A stretch of DNA of 64,000 nucleotides from a virus (taxonomy: Duplodnaviria > Caudoviricetes): positions 32,001 to 96,000 of IMG/VR virus record IMGVR_UViG_3300033121_002118; one strand, written 5' to 3'. The notes under the pieces were generated by a model. The model worked only from the letters and a program-made list of their open reading frames with translations. It made no database searches and was not told where the DNA came from. The position numbers and the translations under genes were made by a program. Shown here piece after piece: positions 55,466 through 63,717 of this stretch. How positions within the stretch are numbered: position 1 is the first letter of the stretch; the number at the start of each line of letters is the position of its first letter.

Positions 55466-56421
55466 GTCGTCAGCCCGTCCTCCATGACAACTACGTAGGC
55501 GACACCATTTTGCTCACACCAGCGTTGGGCCGCCTCCGCCTTCGCGATGTTGGCAGGCGAGTCGACCAGCGAGGCGGGCTTCACCTCCACGAGCTCGATC
55601 CCGCCGATCCGATGCACCAGGACGTCGGGCACGTAGTTGCGTGCCCGACCCTCGTGCAGGTATGGGATCCTGAAGGGCTCCACCTCGTACCGCACGACCC
55701 CGACGTCGGCCTCCAACAGCTCCAGGTAGCGCCGTTCGTACGATGAGCGACAGTAGAACGTGCGACCGCACTTCTTCGACTCGAAGTGGGAGCCCTCGAA
55801 GCCGGGCTGATGGTCCCACTCGCCGCGCACGATCTTGTCGGCAATGATCGTTGAGATCTTCTCGCCAACGCGTGCAAGGCGCTCGTCAGTGGCAGCAGTG
55901 AGTCCTCGGTTCCATGCCGGTAATCCTACACGATATGTGTTCCCAGCCCAAGCATTGCGCTCTCCGCTGTTGGCGCAGCTCTTCGAGCAGAACCGCTGCC
56001 CGCGCAGGACAAAGGGCCGCGTGAACTCCTTGTCACAGCCCTCGCATGTCAGCGTCACCTCCCGCGGCAGGCCGCCCCGCACGTGTGCCTCGTGACACGC
56101 CCTCGAGCAGAACCGGGTCGTGCCCACCATGCGTGGCAGCAGTTCGAAGGGCTCCTCGCACCACTCGCACTCCACCGTGACGCGCTCGACCCTGAGCCGC
56201 TCCGCGGTGCCCTGCCCAGCGCACGCGGTCGAGCAGAACTTTGCGTCCCGGAAGCGGTAGGCCACCTGCTTGTCGACCCCGCAGCTCGTGCACCTGATCG
56301 TCACGGTCCCATGGCGTGATGCGTAGCACATGTGGGAGCAGTAGAGCTTGTCGGGCTTGCGGTGCTGGAAGGGCTTCTTGCAGGACTGGTTGGAGCAGAC
56401 GTGGTCGAAGAGCTTGCCCAT
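55462..56421 (-). CDS. Homing-endonuclease-like protein: four CxxC..FCS..C repeats + TnsA-like nuclease domain
   Basis: Repeated C..C...(Y/F)CS..C; WNRGLT; RSSYERRY..YVPD..EVKP. Confidence 0.72.
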   Translation of the reverse strand: MGKLFDHVCSNQSCKKPFQHRKPDKLYCSHMCYASRHGTVTIRCTSCGVDKQVAYRFRDAKFCSTACAGQGTAERLRVERVTVECEWCEEPFELLPRMVGTTRFCSRACHEAHVRGGLPREVTLTCEGCDKEFTRPFVLRGQRFCSKSCANSGERNAWAGNTYRVGLPAWNRGLTAATDERLARVGEKISTIIADKIVRGEWDHQPGFEGSHFESKKCGRTFYCRSSYERRYLELLEADVGVVRYEVEPFRIPYLHEGRARNYVPDVLVHRIGGIELVEVKPASLVDSPANIAKAEAAQRWCEQNGVAYVVVMEDGLTT

Positions 56422-56461
56422 CCGACCACTCTATCCAGTCGAGCAATGATGTAAATGCGGA

Positions 56462-57733
56462 CTAGAAATCCATGCGAAGTCGGAACAAGGGCGCGCGCTC
56501 GGGGCTGTTTTCGACCGGGCGGCTGAGCTTGCCCACGGCCAGCAGGTTGTCGTTCGCGTCGTACAGGCCCACGCTCGTGATGAAGGTGAAGGACTGCTGC
56601 GTGTCCTCCTGGCCCGGATCGATCACGACGATCCTGTTGTCGCTGTCGACGTAGGTCGGGTTTGAGGAGTAGTTGAAATCGTCCGGGTCGACGCGGCAGA
56701 AGACCAGGGTGCTGTTGATCGTGGTCTGGTTCTGGAACATGATCGCGCTCTGGGAACCCGACTGGAACCTGGCCGCGCAGATGTGGTCGATCACGTTGTC
56801 CATGCTGGCCGAAACCACGAAGTCCGGGATGAAGGCTGACTTCCGCGCCGTCTCCGTGCCCAGGGCGCCCAGCACCGTGGTGCCCTGCGCCGACATCGCG
56901 TCGATCGTGCCCGACACGAACTGGGAGCCCGACGTGATCTTCTCCAGGTCCAGCACGGCCATGCCGCGGTCGTAGAACATGAGGCCCACCGTGCGCGACG
57001 TCTGTGCGGCGTCGACGATGGAGCCCACCTGGCCCCCGAACGTCACGGTCTTGTTCTGGGCCGAGCCCACGTCAGTGAAGATGGCGACGCCGCTGGTCGA
57101 GGTGATGCTCAGGTTGGGCACCTGGTTGCCGTTGGTCGGGTTGGCGATGACGCTGGCCGACTGGGCGAACCGCAGGGCGAAGGTCTCGCGCTTGATGCCA
57201 TCGCGGGCGACCAGGCGCTTGAAGTCGATGAACAGGGCACAGTCGATCTCGTCGTCGGCCGACGTGGAGTCCAGGGGCGCCACGAACTGCGCCCCTGTGT
57301 CGCCCAGCAACGCGCCTGCATGCTGCCTGTACGCGTCGGTCTTCTCCCGCATCATCAGGGACGAGGACGGAAAGAGCGCCTTGCCAGCGGCGTCCGTGCC
57401 CGTCTGCGAGGTCGCGACGATGGAGCCGCTCGGGTACAACCCGAACGTGACGTCGAAGAGCGGGTTCGCGGTCTGCAGCGTGAAGTCCTGGTCATGCACG
57501 GTCTGGTACAGGGAGGACGTCACGCCCGGCCCCACGCCGCCCGTCACGAAGGTCTGGTACTTGCGTCTGCTGGTGGAGCCGCTGACGTCCTCCTGCAGGA
57601 CATCGATGACCTGGGAGAGGTAGCTCCTGCGCGATTTGATGTCCGCGGCCAAAATTTCCTTAAACGTTGCGACCTTCTCACCCTCCCAGGGCTGTGTTCC
57701 CAGCACACGGCTGGGCTCCCTGATGCTCACCAC
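56462..57733 (-). CDS. Virion structural protein (baseplate wedge-type); start uncertain
   Basis: C-terminal FCR..DFNYSSNPTY..FITSVGLYDANDNLLAVGKLSRPV, similar to the C-terminus of the 52624 protein. Confidence 0.7.
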   Translation of the reverse strand: MVSIREPSRVLGTQPWEGEKVATFKEILAADIKSRRSYLSQVIDVLQEDVSGSTSRRKYQTFVTGGVGPGVTSSLYQTVHDQDFTLQTANPLFDVTFGLYPSGSIVATSQTGTDAAGKALFPSSSLMMREKTDAYRQHAGALLGDTGAQFVAPLDSTSADDEIDCALFIDFKRLVARDGIKRETFALRFAQSASVIANPTNGNQVPNLSITSTSGVAIFTDVGSAQNKTVTFGGQVGSIVDAAQTSRTVGLMFYDRGMAVLDLEKITSGSQFVSGTIDAMSAQGTTVLGALGTETARKSAFIPDFVVSASMDNVIDHICAARFQSGSQSAIMFQNQTTINSTLVFCRVDPDDFNYSSNPTYVDSDNRIVVIDPGQEDTQQSFTFITSVGLYDANDNLLAVGKLSRPVENSPERAPLFRLRMDF

Positions 57734-58457
57734 GACGGAATCGAAGGCCCATGATGGGCATGTTCATCCGAATGCTTTTTCCGACCGTTGACCGAGAGAC
57801 TCCGCACGCTACAGCGGCTTCCTCGATCCATGAGAAACTACGAAGCACCTGCCCTGCATCATCGATGAGCTCAATGGGCTGTCTATTGCGCAGACCAATG
57901 AGTCGATTCGCAGCTGCGATGTTTGCTCGCGCAACATCGCCTCGTTTCTTGCCACGGTTTCCCGCGGCAATCTTGGCGACCTGCTCAGGCGTTCTCTTCT
58001 TGCCTAGCAGCTTCTGCCGTCGTCGCTCGACCACACCTGGGTCCTGTTTGCTGCCCAGCTTGGCCCGACGCATCTTCTCGAGCGTCTCAGGCGTGTGACG
58101 TCGTCCCGTGGCGGCGTCGCGCATCTTCTGGCGGCTTTCCTCGGAATGGACGTGGCCCAGCAGACCGCCATCTCCACCGAACGTCAGGTTGTAGCCACCC
58201 ATCGACACGTGGGTACCTAGGCGCTCGATCCAGCTCCGTTCGCGCTCCCCGACGCAGGAGTCGTCGCACTCCTCCAGCGCCTCGATCCTGAACGAGTCAA
58301 TACCGTGGCACCGGAGCGCCCGCGCGACAAGCATGACGTCGTCCCCGCGCTCGGCGGCACGCCTGTGCTGTGCCCACCTGCCCTCGACCGTGCCCGACGT
58401 GCGACCCACGTAGCGCTTGCCGTCGAGCGTATTGGTGATCAGGTAGACGAAGGCCAC
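57678..58457 (-). CDS. GIY-YIG homing endonuclease with NUMOD3 repeats
   Basis: FVYLITN..GKRYVG.T; RW..H; ERSWI..GYNLT.GG; HSEESRQKM/HTPETLEKM. Confidence 0.85.
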   Translation of the reverse strand: MAFVYLITNTLDGKRYVGRTSGTVEGRWAQHRRAAERGDDVMLVARALRCHGIDSFRIEALEECDDSCVGERERSWIERLGTHVSMGGYNLTFGGDGGLLGHVHSEESRQKMRDAATGRRHTPETLEKMRRAKLGSKQDPGVVERRRQKLLGKKRTPEQVAKIAAGNRGKKRGDVARANIAAANRLIGLRNRQPIELIDDAGQVLRSFSWIEEAAVACGVSRSTVGKSIRMNMPIMGLRFRRGEHQGAQPCAGNTALGG

Positions 58458-58494
58458 GGCGCCATCTTACACGCTCGGGGCCACGACGTCACGC

Positions 58495-58851
58495 TCACCG
58501 AAACTCGTCGAGCCACTCGACGTGCGGGTGCTCCCCGTCGCTGATCCAGCGCTCCACCTCGGCGACCTCGACGGGCTGCGTGTCGAACATGAGCCCGCCG
58601 TCGTTGTCGATCCACATGAGGTAGTCCTGGCCCCTGTCGGTCCGTCCGCCCACGTACACTGTGGGCGAGCGCTCGGAGTCGTCCTCGACGGGGTCCCAGC
58701 CCGGCGCGTCCTCGAACACGTACCCGAATGCGTCCGCGAACCGGCGCATGACGTCGACCTTCGCCTGCAGGTCTCTCGGGCCTGCTGACTCATGCAGGCG
58801 TTTCGCCTCTTCCCGAATGATCCGTCACAGCTGTTCCCTCGCGATCCTCAT
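58495..58851 (-). pseudogene. Leader-family gene with an in-frame TGA at codon 9
   Basis: MRIAREQL*RIIREEAKRLHESAG...VMRRFADAFG..; downstream in-frame ATG at 58749. Confidence 0.75.
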
Positions 58852-58853
58852 GA

Positions 58854-59051
58854 TCAGGCCCCCTCCTCGACGTACTCAGGGCAGATGTCACGCAGCTGCT
58901 GCGCCGTCGGACGCTCGGTCGCGCTGAAGAAGAAGTAGCCCTCCTCGGGGTACTCGGATTCCCAGCAGTACCAGCCCGGCCCCTCGACCGCGCGCTCGCC
59001 CTCCAGGAACGCGATCTTGACAGGGACGGGCTCGGGATCAGACATCATCAT
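58854..59051 (-). CDS. Small hypothetical protein
   Basis: Protein-like ORF (GPGWYCWESEYPEEG). Confidence 0.5.
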   Translation of the reverse strand: MMMSDPEPVPVKIAFLEGERAVEGPGWYCWESEYPEEGYFFFSATERPTAQQLRDICPEYVEEGA

Positions 59052-59204
59052 CGACGATCCTCTCTGCCTTTCGGCCAGGCTCTGTCAAGGCGTGCGTCAG
59101 CGCCGCACGCCGACCCGCAGGTGAGTGGTCACGCGTGATCATCTGCTGCGTCTCCTCGAGCGTCGCATCCAAGATGTCCTTGAGGAGCTGGTCTTCATGA
59201 GTCA

Positions 59205-59933
59205 TCATGTGGTCGACTCTACATAGCGCCAGCGGAAGCCTCCCGCCGACCTGATCTTTCCGCGGCACGCCTGAGACACGTTCTGCGGCAGGCACCCGGC
59301 GGCCTTCGCGCCCGCGTTCATGGACTCATGCACGGCGACAGGCTCACCCGCCAGCGTCAATTGCTCCACCCGGCGTCGCTGTGGACTCGAGGCGCTGATT
59401 CTGGCCCGCGCCTCGTCCGAGAGGACGCGTCCGGACGCAGCTGTGCTAAGCCTCTGTTTGGTCTCTTCCGAGACGGGTCGTCGCTTCGCGGCCCGTAGGT
59501 TTACCAGGTGCTCGGGCGTGAACTTCCTGCCCTTCTTCGCTGCACTCATGCGGGCCCGGGTCTCAGGCGACTTCGGACCGCGGTTCTTCCCCCTGAGTTT
59601 CGCTCCAAAACGACGTCGACACTCCTCAGTGTGCCTGTAACCGAAGACGCCCTCACCGCCCTCAGTCAGATTGTAACCAACAGGTGCGAGCGTGGAGAGC
59701 TCTCGAATCCAATGACGCTCACGCTCACGCAGGATTGCCTCATCTACGCACTCCTCGAGTTGTCGCACCGAGAACGACTCGACACCGTGCTTACGAATCG
59801 CACAGGCAAGAGCCTGCTTGCCCCCGCCCTTCGCATGGCTCACATGTCGACGCCACCGCGCATCGATGGTCGCGGTCGTGATGCCGACATACCGTTTTCC
59901 GTTAACAGCGTTCGTGATGAGGTAGACGAACAT
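59205..59933 (-). CDS. GIY-YIG homing endonuclease with NUMOD3/NUMOD1
   Basis: FVYLITN.VNGKRYVGIT; GYNLTEGG; VEQLTL.GE..SAGGFRWRY. Confidence 0.88.
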   Translation of the reverse strand: MFVYLITNAVNGKRYVGITTATIDARWRRHVSHAKGGGKQALACAIRKHGVESFSVRQLEECVDEAILRERERHWIRELSTLAPVGYNLTEGGEGVFGYRHTEECRRRFGAKLRGKNRGPKSPETRARMSAAKKGRKFTPEHLVNLRAAKRRPVSEETKQRLSTAASGRVLSDEARARISASSPQRRRVEQLTLAGEPVAVHESMNAGAKAAGCLPQNVSQACRGKIRSAGGFRWRYVESTT

Positions 59934-59942
59934 TGCTACGGC

Positions 59943-60659
59943 TCACAACGACTTATTCACCGAGACACGGAACTCGCACACCGCGCCCGACTGCACGCCC
60001 GAGACCCGGACGTACGTGTTGATGACCTGCTTGTTGAGGGTGCTGCCGTACACCGTGAAGAGCGCGTCCGTGAGGGACTTGACCGAGAGCGTGAACTGCG
60101 CCGTGGAGCCCCCGAAGCTGTTCTCCGTGGGCGACCTCTGCAGCACGTAGGTGGCGCGCTGCTGGCCGTCGATGTTCTCGGGCGTGGCCCGGAGCACCTG
60201 CAGGAACAGGTTGGAGAGCTCCACGATGAAGACCTGGTCCCGGAGCTCCACGTCGATCGACGACTCGTTCTGGATGGTCTGCTCCACCGTCAGGGTCGAG
60301 GTCTTCTGCGTGGTCCGGCCCAGGGTCACGACCAGGTCGGTGCCGTTCACGCTGGCGTCGCCGCTGAGGGACAGGCGGGGCAGGCGCAGCAGGTTCGGGT
60401 TGCTGATGCTGACCAGCCTGTACTTCTGGGCCTGCGCCTGCCCAGTCAGGGCCTCGAACACGGGCGTGTTCTTCTCGATCTTTTCCTTGCCCACGGTCCG
60501 ACCGTAGCGTGCGATGAGGCCATAGTCGACCTCGTCGTCGCCCAGGGCGAACTTGTGAATTGCGAACGACCCATCGTTGCGAGCCAGCATCTGGCGCCCT
60601 GTGTCAGTGAGCACAGTGTCGACGAGGACGTTATTCGTTGAAGAATCCAGGAATCCCAT
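59943..60659 (-). CDS. Virion structural protein (baseplate-associated)
   Basis: MGFLD..VDTVLTDTGR..LAR.DGSF.I.KFALGDDEVDY..IE..P.FEA. Confidence 0.7.
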   Translation of the reverse strand: MGFLDSSTNNVLVDTVLTDTGRQMLARNDGSFAIHKFALGDDEVDYGLIARYGRTVGKEKIEKNTPVFEALTGQAQAQKYRLVSISNPNLLRLPRLSLSGDASVNGTDLVVTLGRTTQKTSTLTVEQTIQNESSIDVELRDQVFIVELSNLFLQVLRATPENIDGQQRATYVLQRSPTENSFGGSTAQFTLSVKSLTDALFTVYGSTLNKQVINTYVRVSGVQSGAVCEFRVSVNKSL

Positions 60660-60665
60660 GCGTCG

Positions 60666-61346
60666 CTACGCCCGTTCTGCGCCATCAGCAAAGCGCCAGA
60701 TGAATCCACCCGCCGTAAAAGCTCGACCTCGACATACGGCTGACACGTTCTGCCGAAGCACACCTGTCGCCGCCTCAGCCTCGATCAACGAGCGGTACGT
60801 ATGCAGTAGCGTCCCGTCCCTCGTCAGCTGTTGCACGGGCTTCCACTGCCGCCTGCCGATCTTTGCCCGACATTCTGCGCTAAGCTTCCTTCCTCGTGAA
60901 GCCTTGCTGATCGCAGCTCTGTGCTGCACCGTGAAATGCCGCCCGCGCTTCGCTGCGCTCAGCTTTTGCTTAGTCGATTCTGGCATGGGTCCGCGCTTGA
61001 CGCCGAGCATCGCGTCACGAAGACGTTCACGTGCAGCCTCCGTGTGCTTGTACCCGATGCTGCCTTCTCCGCCCAAGGTGGAGTTATATCCAGCCGGTGC
61101 AAACGTGCCGAGCTCCTCGATCCAGTGTGTCTCACGTGCCTTCAGAAGCTCATAGTCGCTGCACTCCTCGAGAACTTCGAGGGTAAAATTCTCGGGTCCA
61201 TGCTTCCTGATCGCACGCATGAACAGCTGTGTGCCACCCATGCGTGCAAGCTTGACATGGCCTGCCCAACGGGCCTCGACCGTGCCTTTCGTGATCCCCA
61301 CGTACCGCTTGCCGTTCCTCGTGTTCGTGACCAGGTAGACCCACAC
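60666..61346 (-). CDS. GIY-YIG homing endonuclease with NUMOD3/NUMOD1
   Basis: WVYLVTN..NGKRYVGIT; GYN.TLGG; PVQQLT..TAGGFIWRF. Confidence 0.88.
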   Translation of the reverse strand: MWVYLVTNTRNGKRYVGITKGTVEARWAGHVKLARMGGTQLFMRAIRKHGPENFTLEVLEECSDYELLKARETHWIEELGTFAPAGYNSTLGGEGSIGYKHTEAARERLRDAMLGVKRGPMPESTKQKLSAAKRGRHFTVQHRAAISKASRGRKLSAECRAKIGRRQWKPVQQLTRDGTLLHTYRSLIEAEAATGVLRQNVSAVCRGRAFTAGGFIWRFADGAERA

Positions 61347-61385
61347 CGTGCCTGCACCGTATGTCGCGGCGTGGCTTGGTAAACG

Positions 61386-61721
61386 TCAGACACCGTCGAT
61401 GGCGTCGTCGAGCAGCCGATGTGCTGTCCGTCGCATCTGCTCGACGAACTCAGCATCCTGATCCAGATCATTGGGATCGAGGATGGTGACCTCCTGCACT
61501 GCCGCAGCCACGTCATCGATATCGATGCCCGCCTGCTCAAGGGCCGCGAAGGCGCCGTCTTCCTCCGCAGAGCCGAGAGGGATCCTTCCGTCGATGACGT
61601 CGTGGAGCACCTGCCGCGCGTGTTCCACCGGATCATCAGCGCCAGCTTCATGCAGCCTCGACGCCTCCTCCCTGATGATCGACCTCAGCTGCCTTCTGGT
61701 GACCCTGATCGCTCTTGCCAT
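61386..61721 (-). CDS. Leader-family small acidic protein
   Basis: MARAIRVTRRQLRSIIREEASRLHEAG; TAGGTA box 5 nt upstream. Confidence 0.75.
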   Translation of the reverse strand: MARAIRVTRRQLRSIIREEASRLHEAGADDPVEHARQVLHDVIDGRIPLGSAEEDGAFAALEQAGIDIDDVAAAVQEVTILDPNDLDQDAEFVEQMRRTAHRLLDDAIDGV

Positions 61722-61749
61722 TGTCCTACCTATCGACCTTTCGAGGGAT

Positions 61750-63717
61750 TCACTGGGGTCCCAACTGGGACCCCGCGCCTGCATCGGGTCGGGTCCTTCG
61801 GTCGTCCAGCCTGAGCTCCACCACGGCCATCTTGGCCGCGTCGGGGTTGACGAACTGCAGCCTGTACGAGCCCCCGTCCTGCGTCGTCGTGACCATGGGC
61901 ACGGTGCGTGATTCGGCGTCCCTGACCCCGTAGCACTCAGGCGTGAAGTAAACGCGCAGGCGCGACCTACCCGAGTCCCGCATCGTGTCCACGAACGTGT
62001 CGGCCTCCAGGTACATGTTCGGGTACTGCCTGGGCGCGCCCAGGTGGGACACGAGCCGCGTGACGAGCCTGTTCTTGAACTGGTCGAACCAGACCTCGTG
62101 CTGGGCCGAGTAGGCCGAGACGTTCCCGTGCGCGTCGACGCTGCCCAGGGCGTACATGAAGCACGAGGTCCTGCCGAAATCCTCGTCGATGAACCTCGTC
62201 CTGGGCCCGTCCAGGCGCTCCACCAGCTCTGGCGCGGGATGCTCGCGCTGGGGCACAGGCGCGGTGGAGTCGTCGAAGTCGTACGCCTTGAGCATGCTGT
62301 AGGGTTCCGTCACGGAGCTGCGCCTGAAGACCTGGAACCGCTTGATGTCGCGCTGCGGGTTGGGGGGGAAGGCCCAGTGGATCGCCATGCGCTCTGAGTC
62401 GTGGTCCCAGGTGAAGCCGAGGTCGGCCGGCGGAGGAGGTGCCTGTTCCTCGTGGCACCTGACGAAGGCCTTGTTGGACGGCCTGGACGAGACCAGCACG
62501 GTCGCAAGGGCCACCTGGCCCGTCTCGTCGTCCACCGCGGGCACGGTGAAGCGCGCGATGGTCCTGACCGTGTACGCGTAGGAGGCCCCGTAGCGGATCC
62601 TCAGGTCCACCGTCCGGCCCACAGCGGCGCTCTCGATCACGATGGGATCGTACCGTCGCGTCTTCCCGCCCGGCAACACCTCGGTCTTGTCGACCAGGTA
62701 GCCCACGACCTCTGCCGGGCGGGACACGGGCATGTGTGCGGCGCCGTCGAACCTGACAGAGACGTAGGGAACGTAGGCCCTGTAGTCCGCCTCCGAGACC
62801 CTGGGATTGAACCGCAGCCTCGCCTGCTGCTGCACCCTGCGTGATGAGTGATACAGCCCATGCAGGTCGGCAGCGAAGTGACCGTCGGGGTCCCGGAGCC
62901 CGCGGGCCACCACGTCGTGAAAGAGCCTGGCGTTCAGCTGCATGCTCGCGTTGACGACGGGTCTGGGCACGCGCGCCAGAAGAGGGGTTCCAAAGAACCC
63001 TGGGCGACCGCCGCGCATGTTGGGCCGGCCCAGGACCCCCTCCAGAAAACCCATGGGGACGTCGCCGCCCAGGTCGGCATGCAGCCGTGCCGCCGCCGAC
63101 CGATGGTTCACGTCAGGGTCCCCCTGGCGCTCGAGCTCGTGCTGCACGTACGACCCGGACACGAGCTCGAACAGCCGGTCATCAAGCAGCGCGTCCTGGA
63201 ACGCGAGCGAGACGAAGCGCTGGCTCGTGAACCTGTCCTCGGGCACGATCTTGTCGATGTTGTCTGCGATCAGAGAGGCCGCCGCGGCGGCCTGCGACTT
63301 CTGCTGCTCTTCCGTGGGTGCCTTGTGACCGGGCGGCATGACAGGCGTGAACGAGACGTTGACCTGCCTAGGCACGCGCGTCCTCATGAGGTCGACGGTG
63401 GCTGAGTCGAACGTCTCCCCCGACCTGAGCAGGAACCTGCTAGGCACGGCCCCGGTCTCGTTCGTCCCCTCGTCCTGCACGAAATAGTTGTACTGGAACG
63501 TGACGGTCAAGTCCGTCACCTCGGGCACGTCCACCACGTAGGCCTCGTGCGAGGGCAGGGACGAGAAGCCCTTCTTGACCGGACCCACGACGGGCTTCCC
63601 CGCCTGGACACGCGCCTCCGCCTGCGCCTGGACCGCGGTCTTTTGTCGCTGCGGCACGTTCGCAGAGGACCGCGGCCCGCCTTTCTTCATGCCTGCCATC
63701 GCATCACCTCGCACCAA
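61750..63717 (-). CDS. Large hypothetical virion protein with FN3-like C-terminal domains
   Basis: Y.YTVRT..; PPPP.DL.F.WD..W..P..FQVFRR..YALGSVDAHGN.S.YS. Confidence 0.6.
   Translation of the reverse strand: MVRGDAMAGMKKGGPRSSANVPQRQKTAVQAQAEARVQAGKPVVGPVKKGFSSLPSHEAYVVDVPEVTDLTVTFQYNYFVQDEGTNETGAVPSRFLLRSGETFDSATVDLMRTRVPRQVNVSFTPVMPPGHKAPTEEQQKSQAAAAASLIADNIDKIVPEDRFTSQRFVSLAFQDALLDDRLFELVSGSYVQHELERQGDPDVNHRSAAARLHADLGGDVPMGFLEGVLGRPNMRGGRPGFFGTPLLARVPRPVVNASMQLNARLFHDVVARGLRDPDGHFAADLHGLYHSSRRVQQQARLRFNPRVSEADYRAYVPYVSVRFDGAAHMPVSRPAEVVGYLVDKTEVLPGGKTRRYDPIVIESAAVGRTVDLRIRYGASYAYTVRTIARFTVPAVDDETGQVALATVLVSSRPSNKAFVRCHEEQAPPPPADLGFTWDHDSERMAIHWAFPPNPQRDIKRFQVFRRSSVTEPYSMLKAYDFDDSTAPVPQREHPAPELVERLDGPRTRFIDEDFGRTSCFMYALGSVDAHGNVSAYSAQHEVWFDQFKNRLVTRLVSHLGAPRQYPNMYLEADTFVDTMRDSGRSRLRVYFTPECYGVRDAESRTVPMVTTTQDGGSYRLQFVNPDAAKMAVVELRLDDRRTRPDAGAGSQLGPQ

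Noticed and set aside
28346-56421. TnsA-like ORFs as a Tn7 transposon
   Set aside because: No TnsB/TnsC or terminal repeats; the domains are fused to homing-type DNA-binding modules or resemble T4 gp4.
57678-61346. GIY-YIG genes as group I intron ORFs
   Set aside because: Flanking genes appear complete and intergenic spaces are too short for a ribozyme core.
494-61721. Leader family as RiPP precursor leaders or secretion signals
   Set aside because: No modifying enzymes or transporters nearby, no hydrophobic signal core or double-Gly site, and cargos include large enzyme-like domains. The L-x-E ending and head-module context fit prohead processing better.
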